DNA of 24,000 nt, taken from positions 130,298 to 154,297 of the forward strand of contig JBHLKM010000010.1 in NCBI GenBank assembly GCA_048886685.1. The letters are read 5' to 3'. This document shows, in pieces, positions 1-8,901 of the stretch (the first letter of the stretch is position 1; each line of letters opens with the position of its first letter). Source of the DNA: Candidatus Hodarchaeota archaeon. Lineage in GTDB: Archaea > Asgardarchaeota > Lokiarchaeia > Sigyniarchaeales > SOKP01. Both the position numbers and the translations under genes were made by a program. Under the pieces are notes generated by a model, which saw only the letters and a program-made list of their open reading frames with translations, made no database searches and was not told where the DNA came from.

Positions 1-731
1 TCGTCAGCAAGTTTCCTAATTTCAGGAGGCATTCGTTTTTCAAAGACTTTGTCCACTAAGCCTTGCGTGAAACGATCGTGCCCCGCAGGAACAGGAGTGT
101 GAGTTGTAAATACTACCTTTTCCTTTACTTGTTCAATATCTTCTTTTAACATGTCATATAATTCAACAATAGCAAAAGAACCATGACCCTCATTAAGATG
201 ATATGTTTGAATGTTATTGTAGCCTAAAGATTTTAAAAGTTTAACTCCACCTATTCCTAATATCATTTCTTGCACAATTCTATTCCATCTTGAGGTAGAA
301 TCATAAAGAGAACCCGTCATGTTCTTCATCCAATCTTCATTTCCCTCTACATCCGTAGTTAATAAATAAATAGGTAACACATGACCTGATTGACCAATGA
401 CATTATATTTCCATGCTGAAACTTTCACATCTTTATTCTCTATTTTCATTGTAATTGGTTGTGGGACTTTCTCGAATTCATAGAAGAAATTCCATTCAAT
501 TTCTCTTTCTTTTTGATCTCCAAACTCATTAAAAAATTGATAAAAATAGCCAGAACTATAACATAAACAGATACCGACCATAGGGAGTTCTAGGTCTGCA
601 GAGGATCTAACTGTATCCCCAGATAACACTCCCAGGCCACCACTATATGTAGGTATATTACTATCGACACCTATCTCCATGGAGATATACGCTACAGTAG
701 TATTATTTTTCAGATCTTCGTCAACTTCCAT
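1..731 (-). CDS. glgP: alpha-glucan (glycogen/maltodextrin) phosphorylase, N-terminal part; the 3' end runs off the window
   Basis: This ORF is not in the supplied track because it is partial. My own minus-strand translation from the ATG at 731-729 reads MEVDEDLKNNTTVAYISMEIGVDSNIPTYSGGLGVLSGDTVRSSADLELPMVGICLCYSSGYFYQFFNEFGDQKEREIEW...QTYHLNEGHG...VFTTHTPVPAGHDRFTQG. The frame stays open to base 1. The motifs IPTYSGGLGVL(A/S)GD, HLNEGH and THTPVPAGHD are hallmarks of the alpha-glucan phosphorylase family (GT35). Confidence 0.9.
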   Translation of the reverse strand, partial: MEVDEDLKNNTTVAYISMEIGVDSNIPTYSGGLGVLSGDTVRSSADLELPMVGICLCYSSGYFYQFFNEFGDQKEREIEWNFFYEFEKVPQPITMKIENKDVKVSAWKYNVIGQSGHVLPIYLLTTDVEGNEDWMKNMTGSLYDSTSRWNRIVQEMILGIGGVKLLKSLGYNNIQTYHLNEGHGSFAIVELYDMLKEDIEQVKEKVVFTTHTPVPAGHDRFTQGLVDKVFEKRMPPEIRKLAD

Positions 732-859
732 TTTGTTTCACTAATCTGAAGTTATGAATTTGATTTCTTAATAACAATTAAGAATTTTATATATTATGTT
801 TAAAAACCATGGTTTAAAATATTATCTTTATAAAAAATTAAAAGTGTTAAAAAAAGATT

Positions 860-1744
860 TCACTTCATTCTAGCGATTTCCTCATTAATCCTTCTCCTAT
901 TTTCTTCGAGATCCTCAATTCCTAATTTTTTTGCCATTTCTTCAAACTGTTCTGTATTTTGTCCCCACATTCTCCCCCCAATCAATCCACCATCAACAAC
1001 TAGAGGATGTCCGCTGACAAAGGTGGAGTCATCACTCGCTAACCACAGAGCAGCTTTAGCTATATCTTCTGGAAGCCCTCCTCTTTTTATTGGTTGAAAA
1101 TTAGAAAGAAAGATCTTCACAAGTTCTTTGAATCTTTCGGCTTTATCTTGATCAAATCCAAGACCTTTTCCAAAAATAGCAGTTGCAATTCCGCCAGGAC
1201 ATATGCAATTTACACGGATATTAAATTCTCCTAATTCCATAGCAACTGTACGAGTTAAGTGGATAATCGCTGCTTTAGCTGCACTATAAACATGTCCTCC
1301 CATTCCAGTTCGAAGACCTGCTACACTTGCCGTGCTGATTATACTTCCCGAACCTTGCTGCTTCATTATTGGAGTAGCATGTTTCATACCAAGAAAAACA
1401 CTACGAAATTGGATTTCCACACTCACATCAAACCCATCTGTGGGGATTTCATCAATTGGGCCCCCAACACATGGAAAGCCTGCGTTATTGAACATACAAT
1501 CAAGTCGTCCAAATTTATCAACTGCAAGATCAATAAGCGCTTTTATTTCAGATTCATTTCGAACGTCTGCATGAAGATATATGGCATTAGGACCAAGTTC
1601 TTCAGCAAGTGCCTCTCCTAATTCATCTTGGATATCCCCAAATACCACTTGGGCACCTTCATGTACAAATAACCTTACAGAGGCATTTCCGATACCACTG
1701 GATCCCCCTGTAATAACAGCAACTTTTCCGTCAAGTCTACCCAT
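860..1744 (-). CDS. short-chain dehydrogenase/reductase (classical SDR) with a ~35-aa charged C-terminal extension
   Basis: 294-aa ORF. It carries the TGGSSGIG cofactor loop (TGxxxGxG), NNAG, a catalytic Ser in STASVAG, and YSAAK (YxxxK). Confidence 0.9.
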   Translation of the reverse strand: MGRLDGKVAVITGGSSGIGNASVRLFVHEGAQVVFGDIQDELGEALAEELGPNAIYLHADVRNESEIKALIDLAVDKFGRLDCMFNNAGFPCVGGPIDEIPTDGFDVSVEIQFRSVFLGMKHATPIMKQQGSGSIISTASVAGLRTGMGGHVYSAAKAAIIHLTRTVAMELGEFNIRVNCICPGGIATAIFGKGLGFDQDKAERFKELVKIFLSNFQPIKRGGLPEDIAKAALWLASDDSTFVSGHPLVVDGGLIGGRMWGQNTEQFEEMAKKLGIEDLEENRRRINEEIARMK

Positions 1745-1800
1745 TTTTCATCATCTCACTTTATTTATTTTATTTTTAAATTAATTTTTTTCAAATATTC

Positions 1801-2733
1801 TCATCTATTCGCTCTTCCAGTTTGTTCAACGGTTTCAAGGAAGTCAAGAATTTCAGCTAAAGTACGTTTAGGATCTTCGATTGCAGTCATGTGGCCAAGA
1901 CCAGGCATAACCACATGTCGAACGTCAGGAATCTCTTTTGCCATTATTTCACTTGGCTTAAAAAAGACTACGTCAAATTCACCAAGTAAGACAAGCGTAG
2001 GACACTTGATCTGTCTGAGTTCTTCAATCCTAGGATTAGGATCTGAATAAAAACTTGTCATAAAGTATATTATTGCCCGACGATCTTGTCGCCTTAAAAA
2101 TCCTTCGTAAATTTTCATCATTTTATCGCTTTCCGGATGTTCAGCCATTTTGAACAAAAATGGTCCGGGTTCTTGCTTAATACCAGCCATCCTATCCTCA
2201 ATTGAGATCTTCAAATCCATTTCTATCCATGCTTCTATCATTTTTTCTCTTTGTTCCTCACTTGCTTTCTGACGTAATTCAGCCAATTGTGCTTGTTGTG
2301 CTCTTGCTTTTTTTTCCTCTTCCGTAAATTCTCTGTAATCAGGAATATCAACGAGAGTATTTGAACTTGTATCCGTCAACATAGCACTTAATAAACGATT
2401 TGATCTTTTCATTGCGTAACGAGCACCCACCATCCCTCCAGTAGCATGAGTTAATAAATGGAACTTATCAATGCCTAAGAAGTCAGCAAGGTCATCAAAA
2501 TCTTGAGCCATGGTGTCAGCATCATAACCGTAAGGCTTTTCTTTTACGACCGTACGACCATGTGCCCTCATATCAATTGAAATCACCCTATATTTTTTAG
2601 CTAATGCAGCAGTAACCCCTGTCTCGCTCCAATAAGTTCCATCTTCCATTAGACCATGATTCGCGATGATAGGATCTCCTTTTCCAACATCTTCATAATA
2701 CATTCGTAAACTTCCTTTTTCAAAATATGGCAT
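1801..2733 (-). CDS. alpha/beta-fold hydrolase family protein with an atypical nucleophile elbow
   Basis: 310-aa ORF. It has an HG oxyanion motif (ANHGL), an elbow LLTHATGGM in place of GHSxGG, LVLLGEFD (acid residue) and GLGHMTAIEDP (catalytic His). A charged helical lid insert (EEEKKARAQQAQLAELRQKASEEQREK) is present. It sits 56 bp downstream of the SDR on the same strand. Confidence 0.8.
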   Translation of the reverse strand: MPYFEKGSLRMYYEDVGKGDPIIANHGLMEDGTYWSETGVTAALAKKYRVISIDMRAHGRTVVKEKPYGYDADTMAQDFDDLADFLGIDKFHLLTHATGGMVGARYAMKRSNRLLSAMLTDTSSNTLVDIPDYREFTEEEKKARAQQAQLAELRQKASEEQREKMIEAWIEMDLKISIEDRMAGIKQEPGPFLFKMAEHPESDKMMKIYEGFLRRQDRRAIIYFMTSFYSDPNPRIEELRQIKCPTLVLLGEFDVVFFKPSEIMAKEIPDVRHVVMPGLGHMTAIEDPKRTLAEILDFLETVEQTGRANR

Positions 2734-2910
2734 AATTAAATCATTAAATTTATTTCTATATGATTAAATTATAAAGTAAGTATTCCAGTTTTATAGATTT
2801 CTATTGCTTTAAAGTCAAAAGATTAAAAAACTAGAGATCTGGATATGAAAAAATTAACAAATTAAGGAAATATGAATTTTGCTTAAAAAAGAAAAAAATA
2901 GATTTAGAAA

Positions 2911-3573
2911 TTATACTCTTAGCACTTTATCAGTTAATATTTCAACTTTTATGTTAGGATCTTTTTTATTCAGAAGTTCTTTAAATTTATTTAAATCCTT
3001 GTCCCAATTATGCATCGGTACTGCTATTTCAGGTTGAATATCTACTGCAGAATCGGTGGCTTCATCGAAATCCATGGTGTATGTACCTCCACATGGAATT
3101 AATGCAACTGTTATGTTTTTATCAGCTAATTCTTTCATTTCAGGAATTCTTTCGGTATCACCTGCATGGTAAACACTTTTACCCCCTGACCTTATGATTG
3201 TGCCTGCCCATCCACTTGATTTTGGATGATTTGGCTTTTTTATATTATAGGAGGGTATAAGCTGAATTGAAAGATCTTTATAATCAAAAGTATCACCTAA
3301 TTTAATTGCTTGACCATTAAATTCCTTTAGATTACTTGCTATGCTTTCTGGACCAAGTAAAATAGTATCATCCTTCATCAATTTTTTTATTGAATCACCA
3401 TGAAAATGATCAAAATGACTATGACTACTGACAATTATATCTGCTTTTTCTTCCCCTTTTTTTAACTGATAAGGATCTAAATAAATCACCATTCCACTAC
3501 CTGTTTTCACTCTAAATGCTGCGTGTCCTAACCATTCAATTTGAAATTGAAAATCTTCTCCCATTTGATTCAC
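2911..3573 (-). CDS. metallo-beta-lactamase-fold metal-dependent hydrolase (UPF0173-like)
   Basis: 220-aa ORF with SSHSHFDH (HxHxDH motif), YHAGDT and VPMH metal ligands. The size and layout are typical of small archaeal MBL-fold hydrolases. Confidence 0.8.
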   Translation of the reverse strand: MNQMGEDFQFQIEWLGHAAFRVKTGSGMVIYLDPYQLKKGEEKADIIVSSHSHFDHFHGDSIKKLMKDDTILLGPESIASNLKEFNGQAIKLGDTFDYKDLSIQLIPSYNIKKPNHPKSSGWAGTIIRSGGKSVYHAGDTERIPEMKELADKNITVALIPCGGTYTMDFDEATDSAVDIQPEIAVPMHNWDKDLNKFKELLNKKDPNIKVEILTDKVLRV

Positions 3574-3689
3574 CTCTTAAATAATTTGAAGACTAGATTA
3601 TAATTTATTATTATGATTTAATCCTTTAAATTAATAACGTAAAAAGGATAAAATGAGATGAAACCTATTATGATCTTATTGAACACATT

Positions 3690-4076
3690 CTAGTCTTCTT
3701 CTTCGAATTGCCATTCGGCGCTTTCGAGAGGTATTTTTTTGGAAATTCCGAAATTATCTTCTTTAGATATATCTAACTCTTGAAATTTGTCTTTTAATAT
3801 TTTATTTTCAAAATTTGGGATTTCATTTATGAGAAAGGCTTTTGATATTGGACTTACAGGTGGAGAGAGAGTATTTGATTTTTTAGCTATGATTTCTTTA
3901 GTTATTTTTTGATTTAATCGTTCATTTTTGTTAAAAAAGGGATTTCCAATCATAATATTAGGCTTTTTCATTCTACTAAGAGTATTTTTTGGAAAAGTAG
4001 ATTTTGCAGTTCGACACATTGGACAATTTATTTCATCTAAACCATGTATGCAAGGCATTTTTTCTGTATCTCTCAT
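3690..4076 (-). CDS. hypothetical protein with an N-terminal CxxxxxxxxCxxC knuckle and an acidic Trp-containing tail
   Basis: 128-aa ORF that does not overlap any other call. The N-terminus reads MPCIHGLDEINCPMC and the C-terminus ends ESAEWQFEEED. I recognise no family. Confidence 0.5.
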   Translation of the reverse strand: MRDTEKMPCIHGLDEINCPMCRTAKSTFPKNTLSRMKKPNIMIGNPFFNKNERLNQKITKEIIAKKSNTLSPPVSPISKAFLINEIPNFENKILKDKFQELDISKEDNFGISKKIPLESAEWQFEEED

Positions 4077-4300
4077 TTATTCAATTTCTAAGTATTTCGA
4101 ATTATTTGTATCTTTTATTTTTTTTTATTATAATTTCTTAGTAAAAATATATTTTAAAATCAGAGAATTAAATATAGAATAATTCTATTTTTATGGTTAT
4201 TATTTATAAACTTTATAAATTTAAACCAATTTTACTTAATGTTTAAAGTACATTAATAATAAGTACTCTAATAAAAAAAGAAAGCTAAAGTGTAATCAGA

Positions 4301-6067
4301 ATGGCAGATTGGCAAGTAAATGAAGAAAAGGCTTGGTTCAAGAAATGGTGGCCTAAAGATACACCTAAAAATTATGATTTTGAAAAAATTTCTTTAGGAG
4401 ATTTCTTTGAAAGACAGAGAAAGAAATACGCGAACGAAAGAATGATGTGGTTTATAGATTCATGGATGACGTATGAGGAAGCTGGTCAGGCAATAGATTC
4501 TTTAGCAACAGCACTTCATAATTTAGGTATAAAGAAAGGAGATGTGGTTGCATATTTAATGCCAAATAGTTTTCAATATGTTATATGCTTCTATGCAACT
4601 ATAAAATTAGGAGCAATTGCGACAGGTATAAATCCAACTTATAAACCTTTAGAAGTATTACATCATCTTAAAATAACTGGTGCTACTGTATTAATAACTC
4701 TAGATGCGCTATACGAGGAATTAGCTCGTCCTGTTATTAAACAGTCAAAAATTGAGATGGTAATCTATACGAATATAGTAGATTTAGCCTCAGGTTTATC
4801 AAGCTTAAAAAAAGGCTTAGGAAAATTTTTAGGAAAAATACCAAAAGGGAAGGTAGATTTTCCTGGAGCGATTAAATTTTTGGATCTTCTTGAAACAGAA
4901 CCAGATCTCCCAAAGGTAGATTTTGATCCTTTTGAGCATACAGCTACTTACATTATGACTGGAGGAACAACTGGAGTACCAAAAGCGACTGTATTGTCCC
5001 ACTTTAATTTAGTTTCGAATGCAATTCAAGCAGTTTTATGGGTAGGTGGAGAAGATCCTGGCGTAGGAGATATTGGTGCTATACCCCTTTTCCATTCGTT
5101 TGCGATGACGGCGGTTATGAATGTTTCTATTGGTTTGGGAGGGTGGATGATGTTATTTGTGAGACCCCCACAAACCGAAGAATTTCTGAAAGAAATTACA
5201 CATATAGATGCTCCAAGAGGTCTTTTTTATGCAGGAGCAGAAATACTGTTCAAAAGAATCGCAGATTTTCCGAATCTTAAGAAATTTCCTAACTTAACTG
5301 GCAGATTAAGACTCTGTATCTCAGGAGCAGGACCTTTACATGCTCCAGTACAAAAATCATTTCAAGAAAATACTGGCGGAAGAATAGTAGAGGGATACGG
5401 ACTTTCAGAAGCAAGTCCAATTGTAAGTGGTGGAAATTTATTTGGTGAAAGCCCTATTGGTGTAATTGGTATGCCGTTTCCTGGTACCGATTGGGGAATC
5501 TTTGATGTAGATGACTTTGAGAAAGGACCAATAGCAGATGGGTTACCAGGATCTAAATATGGGGAGAAAAATACAGGAGAATTGTGTGTTTGTGGTCCTC
5601 AAGTTATGAAGGGATATCTAAACCAACCTGACGAAACCGCAGAAACCTTAAAAATTTGGGATGGGAGAACTTGGCTACTTACAGGTGATATAGGGTTTAT
5701 GAATGAGGATGGGACAGTAGCTCTTAGAGACAGAAAGAAACAATTGATTAAAGTAGCAGGTCATTCGGTATTCCCAGCTGAAGTTGAAACTATGCTAATG
5801 AGTAATGAAGCCGTTTCGGAAGCTGCTGTAGCTGGGCTTCCTGATCCAAAAGGAAAAGTTGGTGAAATCACAAAAGCATGGGTTACTTTAAAACCTGAAT
5901 ATAAGGGCAAAATTACCGAAGAAGAATTAATTGCTTGGACTGAAAAGAACATGACAAAGTGGAAATGCCCTGCTATCATTGAATTTATCGATGAGATTCC
6001 TAAAAATATAATGGGAAAAGTTCAGAGACGTGTTTTACAAGAAGCAGATCCGTTATACAAGAAATAA
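4301..6067 (+). CDS. AMP-forming acyl-CoA synthetase (fatty-acid--CoA ligase, ANL superfamily)
   Basis: 588-aa ORF with the ANL core motifs YIMTGGTTGVPKATVLSH (A3), GYGLSEAS (A5), TGDIG (A7), RDRKKQLIKVAGHSVFPAEVE (A8) and PKNIMGKVQRR (A10 Lys). Confidence 0.9.
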   Translation: MADWQVNEEKAWFKKWWPKDTPKNYDFEKISLGDFFERQRKKYANERMMWFIDSWMTYEEAGQAIDSLATALHNLGIKKGDVVAYLMPNSFQYVICFYATIKLGAIATGINPTYKPLEVLHHLKITGATVLITLDALYEELARPVIKQSKIEMVIYTNIVDLASGLSSLKKGLGKFLGKIPKGKVDFPGAIKFLDLLETEPDLPKVDFDPFEHTATYIMTGGTTGVPKATVLSHFNLVSNAIQAVLWVGGEDPGVGDIGAIPLFHSFAMTAVMNVSIGLGGWMMLFVRPPQTEEFLKEITHIDAPRGLFYAGAEILFKRIADFPNLKKFPNLTGRLRLCISGAGPLHAPVQKSFQENTGGRIVEGYGLSEASPIVSGGNLFGESPIGVIGMPFPGTDWGIFDVDDFEKGPIADGLPGSKYGEKNTGELCVCGPQVMKGYLNQPDETAETLKIWDGRTWLLTGDIGFMNEDGTVALRDRKKQLIKVAGHSVFPAEVETMLMSNEAVSEAAVAGLPDPKGKVGEITKAWVTLKPEYKGKITEEELIAWTEKNMTKWKCPAIIEFIDEIPKNIMGKVQRRVLQEADPLYKK

Positions 6068-6212
6068 AATCATTTTTTTTTATCTTTTTTAGAAAATTTT
6101 AAATTTCCAGAATCTTGAATTAAAGTTATTAATTAAATTTTAATTTCTGTTTTAATTAAATTTCAATATCCTAAAGTAATAAATATCTTTATTGAATAAT
6201 CAAAGTCTGGCT

Positions 6213-7355
6213 ATGACAAAAGGAATAATAATCTCTGGTGGTTGGGGAACCCGTTTACGCCCATTAACGTGTACCATTCCTAAATCTCTAATTCCAGTAG
6301 TTAATAAACCAGTTATAGAGCGTCAAATACTTTTATTAAAAGCTGCTGGGGTGACTGATATTTTCTTAGCTGTAAGTGTAATGGCTGATATTTTACAAAA
6401 CTACTTCGAGGATGGTCAAAAATTTGGAGTAAACATTCAATACACAGATGAGAGAGTACCAATGGGAACCGCGGGTGCTATTAAGTTAGCTGAGGATTAT
6501 TTAAAAGGTGAAAATTTTTTTATGTTAAATGGAGATGTCATATTGAATTTTAATATGAGCCAGATGATTAATTTGCATGAAAAGAATAAAGGAATTGGAG
6601 TTATTGCTAGTAAAGTGGTAGAAGATCCATCGAGGTACGGGGTTTTAATAGTAGATAATGATACGGGTAAAATTAATAAATTCCTTGAAAAAGATGAGTA
6701 TCAACCTCCAGAAGGAAAGTATGTTCCGATGCCTATCAATGCTGGAGTTTATTTACTAGAACCTGATGTCTTCGAGTATATCGAACCTACTAAAAAGGTA
6801 TCTATTGAGAGAGAGATTTTCCCTAAACTCGCAAAAGAAGGTAATTTGTATTTTTATCCAATATCTGGCATTTGGAAGGATATTGGAAAACCAGAAGAAT
6901 TATTAGATGCGAATATACTACTGATGAAAGATATCTTACAGAATTCAAATGATCAACAGAAGAACATTATAGATGGCAGCCTTGATATTGACGGAAAAGC
7001 TCTAATCTATCCTCCTGTAGTTATAGGAAAAAATGTAACAATACGAAAAAATTGTGAAATAGGGCCAAACGTTATAGTGGGCGATAATGTCTATATTGGA
7101 GTTAATACAAAAATTAAAGAATCATTAATTTACAACAAAGCCTATATATCTAGGCAGGTAACAATTGAAAAGGCGATTGTATCTGATAATTGTGTAATCA
7201 ATGATAAGGTTAACCTAAAAGGTAATAACCAAAATTTAGTGATATTAGCTTCTTATACTGAAGTTTTAGAAAAAGTTAACTTAATTGCACCTTCAAATGG
7301 TTCTATTACAGTTTGTCATCATGAAACCGTAAAAGATGATATTCGATTAAATTAG
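6213..7355 (+). CDS. sugar-1-phosphate nucleotidyltransferase (NDP-sugar pyrophosphorylase) with a C-terminal left-handed beta-helix domain
   Basis: The GGWGTRLRPLT signature (GGxGTRLxPLT) lies near the N-terminus. EKP-type and GxWxDxG (SGIWKDIGKP) motifs are present. C-terminal hexapeptide repeats read IGKNVTIRKNCEIGPNVIVGDNVYIGVNTKI. The track starts at a TTG (6192). The in-frame ATG at 6213 (MTKGIIISGG) is the more likely start. Confidence 0.85.
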   Translation: MTKGIIISGGWGTRLRPLTCTIPKSLIPVVNKPVIERQILLLKAAGVTDIFLAVSVMADILQNYFEDGQKFGVNIQYTDERVPMGTAGAIKLAEDYLKGENFFMLNGDVILNFNMSQMINLHEKNKGIGVIASKVVEDPSRYGVLIVDNDTGKINKFLEKDEYQPPEGKYVPMPINAGVYLLEPDVFEYIEPTKKVSIEREIFPKLAKEGNLYFYPISGIWKDIGKPEELLDANILLMKDILQNSNDQQKNIIDGSLDIDGKALIYPPVVIGKNVTIRKNCEIGPNVIVGDNVYIGVNTKIKESLIYNKAYISRQVTIEKAIVSDNCVINDKVNLKGNNQNLVILASYTEVLEKVNLIAPSNGSITVCHHETVKDDIRLN

Positions 7356-8725
7356 ATTTCTTCGCGAAGTCTCATTATTTTTTTCTTAAGCTTTTTTATT
7401 CTGGAATCTGAGACATTGAAAATTAAGAAACTTTCTAAGATCTTTAGGGCCTTTTGATAAAAATTAATACTATTCAGATAATCTCCATTCTTTTCAGCAT
7501 TTTCTCCAGCTTCTAAAGCAAAATCTAATTCTAACTGCTTCTCTTTTTTTTCGAGATCTAATACTGATTGCGAAATTCTATTAATATCTTCTTTAATATT
7601 GAATTCTCTTGCTATATAAAGAGCCTTTTTATATTCTTTTTCTGCGACCTGATATGCTAAAGTTTTTTCAGCATTTTTAGCTTTCTTTACAAATTCTTTT
7701 ATCATCTTACTTGCCGATAAAATATCCATTTCATCTAAGTTGAGTTCGATAGCATCAATTCCAGTATTACTTGAAAGAATGGATGATATTGGTTTAAATT
7801 TAGCTACTTTTTCAGAAATAGTCTCCTCGAGCATTTCAATATTACTAGCAACGGTTTCAAGATTTGTAGAAATAAAAATATTGTTTTTTACTAGCTGATA
7901 AATCTCATAAAGAATAATATTTGCATCCAAATTTACAATTTTTTTTACTCGATTAAGCAGATTATTTATGAAGAAAAATTGTTTAGAAGCAAGAAGTTCT
8001 TTAGCTAAGGTTAGTATGGCTTTTTGGATTTGATTTTGATTTATTTTCTCTAAATCGTTTGGTGCAATACTATGTGCTAAAGACATAGGAAATACTAATT
8101 TAACATTAAAAGAATCTACCAAATATTCAATCATGTTTTCAACATTAAAAATCCCAGAATCTTTAAAATTACTGATTTCATTTTGAAAAATATCCTCGTA
8201 TTCTAACAAAAATTGTCTTACATCAGTCCGCAGGTTATCTGAAGCTGTATGGTCGAGTATTAGGCAAATCCTTATAAATTCTCCATTTTTGAGTAAGATA
8301 TTAAAATTCTGATATTGAAATTCATAGAATTGATCATTTCTGAGATAACTTGAACCATTAGATGAAACTGTGTCTGATTCAGAGAAGGTTATATTTGCTT
8401 GAATAAAACCACTTAATAAATCTGCATCAATTTCCGCACCTGAAACAGAATAGTTTAATAATTTCAAGCCTGATTCTTTATCCATTAATATAATGTGCCG
8501 AATATTCAAAACATCCAAAAATTTCCGCCAAATAATTTCCCGCTCCACTTGAAGATGCCTTTCATATGAATCCAATTCAAAAACTTCCAAGCTTGAATCA
8601 ACTTCAAATCCTAACTCCTTTAGTTTCTTTTTAAGACATGACATACAATATTTAGGATATTTTGCACACTTAGATTTACTAACTCCGCAATTAAATCCTA
8701 ATTGATTAATTTCAAAATAAACCAT
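7352..8725 (-). CDS. hypothetical protein: N-terminal Cys cluster, longin/roadblock-like segment, C-terminal MIT/TPR-like helical repeats
   Basis: 457-aa ORF. It has a Cys cluster (NCGVSKSKCAKYPKYCMSC). A beta-beta-alpha-beta-beta-alpha pattern reads IRHIILMDKESGLKLLNYSV...DADLLSGFIQANITFSES...FYEFQYQNFNILLKNGEFIRICLILDH...LRTDVRQFLLEYEDIF. The C-terminal helices read EKEYKKALYIAREF and AEKNGDYLNSINFYQKALKILE. The domain assignments are inference only. Confidence 0.6.
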   Translation of the reverse strand: MVYFEINQLGFNCGVSKSKCAKYPKYCMSCLKKKLKELGFEVDSSLEVFELDSYERHLQVEREIIWRKFLDVLNIRHIILMDKESGLKLLNYSVSGAEIDADLLSGFIQANITFSESDTVSSNGSSYLRNDQFYEFQYQNFNILLKNGEFIRICLILDHTASDNLRTDVRQFLLEYEDIFQNEISNFKDSGIFNVENMIEYLVDSFNVKLVFPMSLAHSIAPNDLEKINQNQIQKAILTLAKELLASKQFFFINNLLNRVKKIVNLDANIILYEIYQLVKNNIFISTNLETVASNIEMLEETISEKVAKFKPISSILSSNTGIDAIELNLDEMDILSASKMIKEFVKKAKNAEKTLAYQVAEKEYKKALYIAREFNIKEDINRISQSVLDLEKKEKQLELDFALEAGENAEKNGDYLNSINFYQKALKILESFLIFNVSDSRIKKLKKKIMRLREEI

Positions 8726-8901
8726 AAAAACCCTATAGAACTTAAATAGTATTCAATTTCTACTTATTTCTATTATAATGAAATAAGAATGTTTTATGCA
8801 TTTAAAATTGAGTATTTAAAACTTTAATTTTTTATAATAATGCGAAATATTTATTATTCAAATTCAGAAATTATAAAATGACAATAACTTGTGAGGATTA
8901 A

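Noticed and set aside
805-816. A 12-bp perfect palindrome, AAACCATGGTTT, lies ~75-85 bp upstream of the phosphorylase start.
   Set aside because: It is a single short palindrome in AT-rich intergenic DNA that also serves as the 3' flank of the SDR gene. It has no second copy or positional support relative to a TATA box. It may be a regulator site, but I cannot support that claim.
1259-1784. Track ORFs 1259-1621, 1332-1574 and 1581-1784 on the + strand, antisense to the SDR gene.
   Set aside because: They lie entirely or mostly inside a well-supported SDR gene on the opposite strand. Their translations are low-complexity and Ser/Cys/Thr-rich with no motifs. These are typical shadow ORFs.
860-2733. 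The SDR, hydrolase and acyl-CoA ligase genes have visibly higher G+C than their surroundings, which could hint at horizontal transfer.
   Set aside because: The highly conserved Vps4 gene is similarly G+C-enriched, so the pattern fits amino-acid constraint in conserved enzymes. No mobility genes or boundaries are visible. The question cannot be judged without compositional statistics and phylogenies.
3928-4182. Other short overlapping track ORFs: 3928-4182, 5038-5280, 5761-5979, 10453-10668, 11815-12087, 12547-12765, 16425-16619, 17034-17225, 18063-18269, 19586-19798, 22060-22242, 22747-22977 and 22772-22954.
   Set aside because: Each overlaps a longer gene with clear family motifs, on the opposite strand or in another frame, and shows no motif of its own. 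I treat them as spurious.
4077-4300. AT-only inverted repeats in the spacer upstream of the acyl-CoA synthetase gene (e.g. TTAATGT...ACATTAA and AGTAC...GTACT).
   Set aside because: The stems are short and mostly A/T. Stems like these are expected by chance at this base composition, and nothing distinguishes them from background.
7352-7355. The convergent genes at 6213-7355 (+) and 7352-8725 (-) overlap by 4 bp at their stop codons (TTAG).
   Set aside because: This is real in the sequence but is a common consequence of tight packing in compact archaeal genomes. I do not consider it evidence of a special regulatory mechanism.
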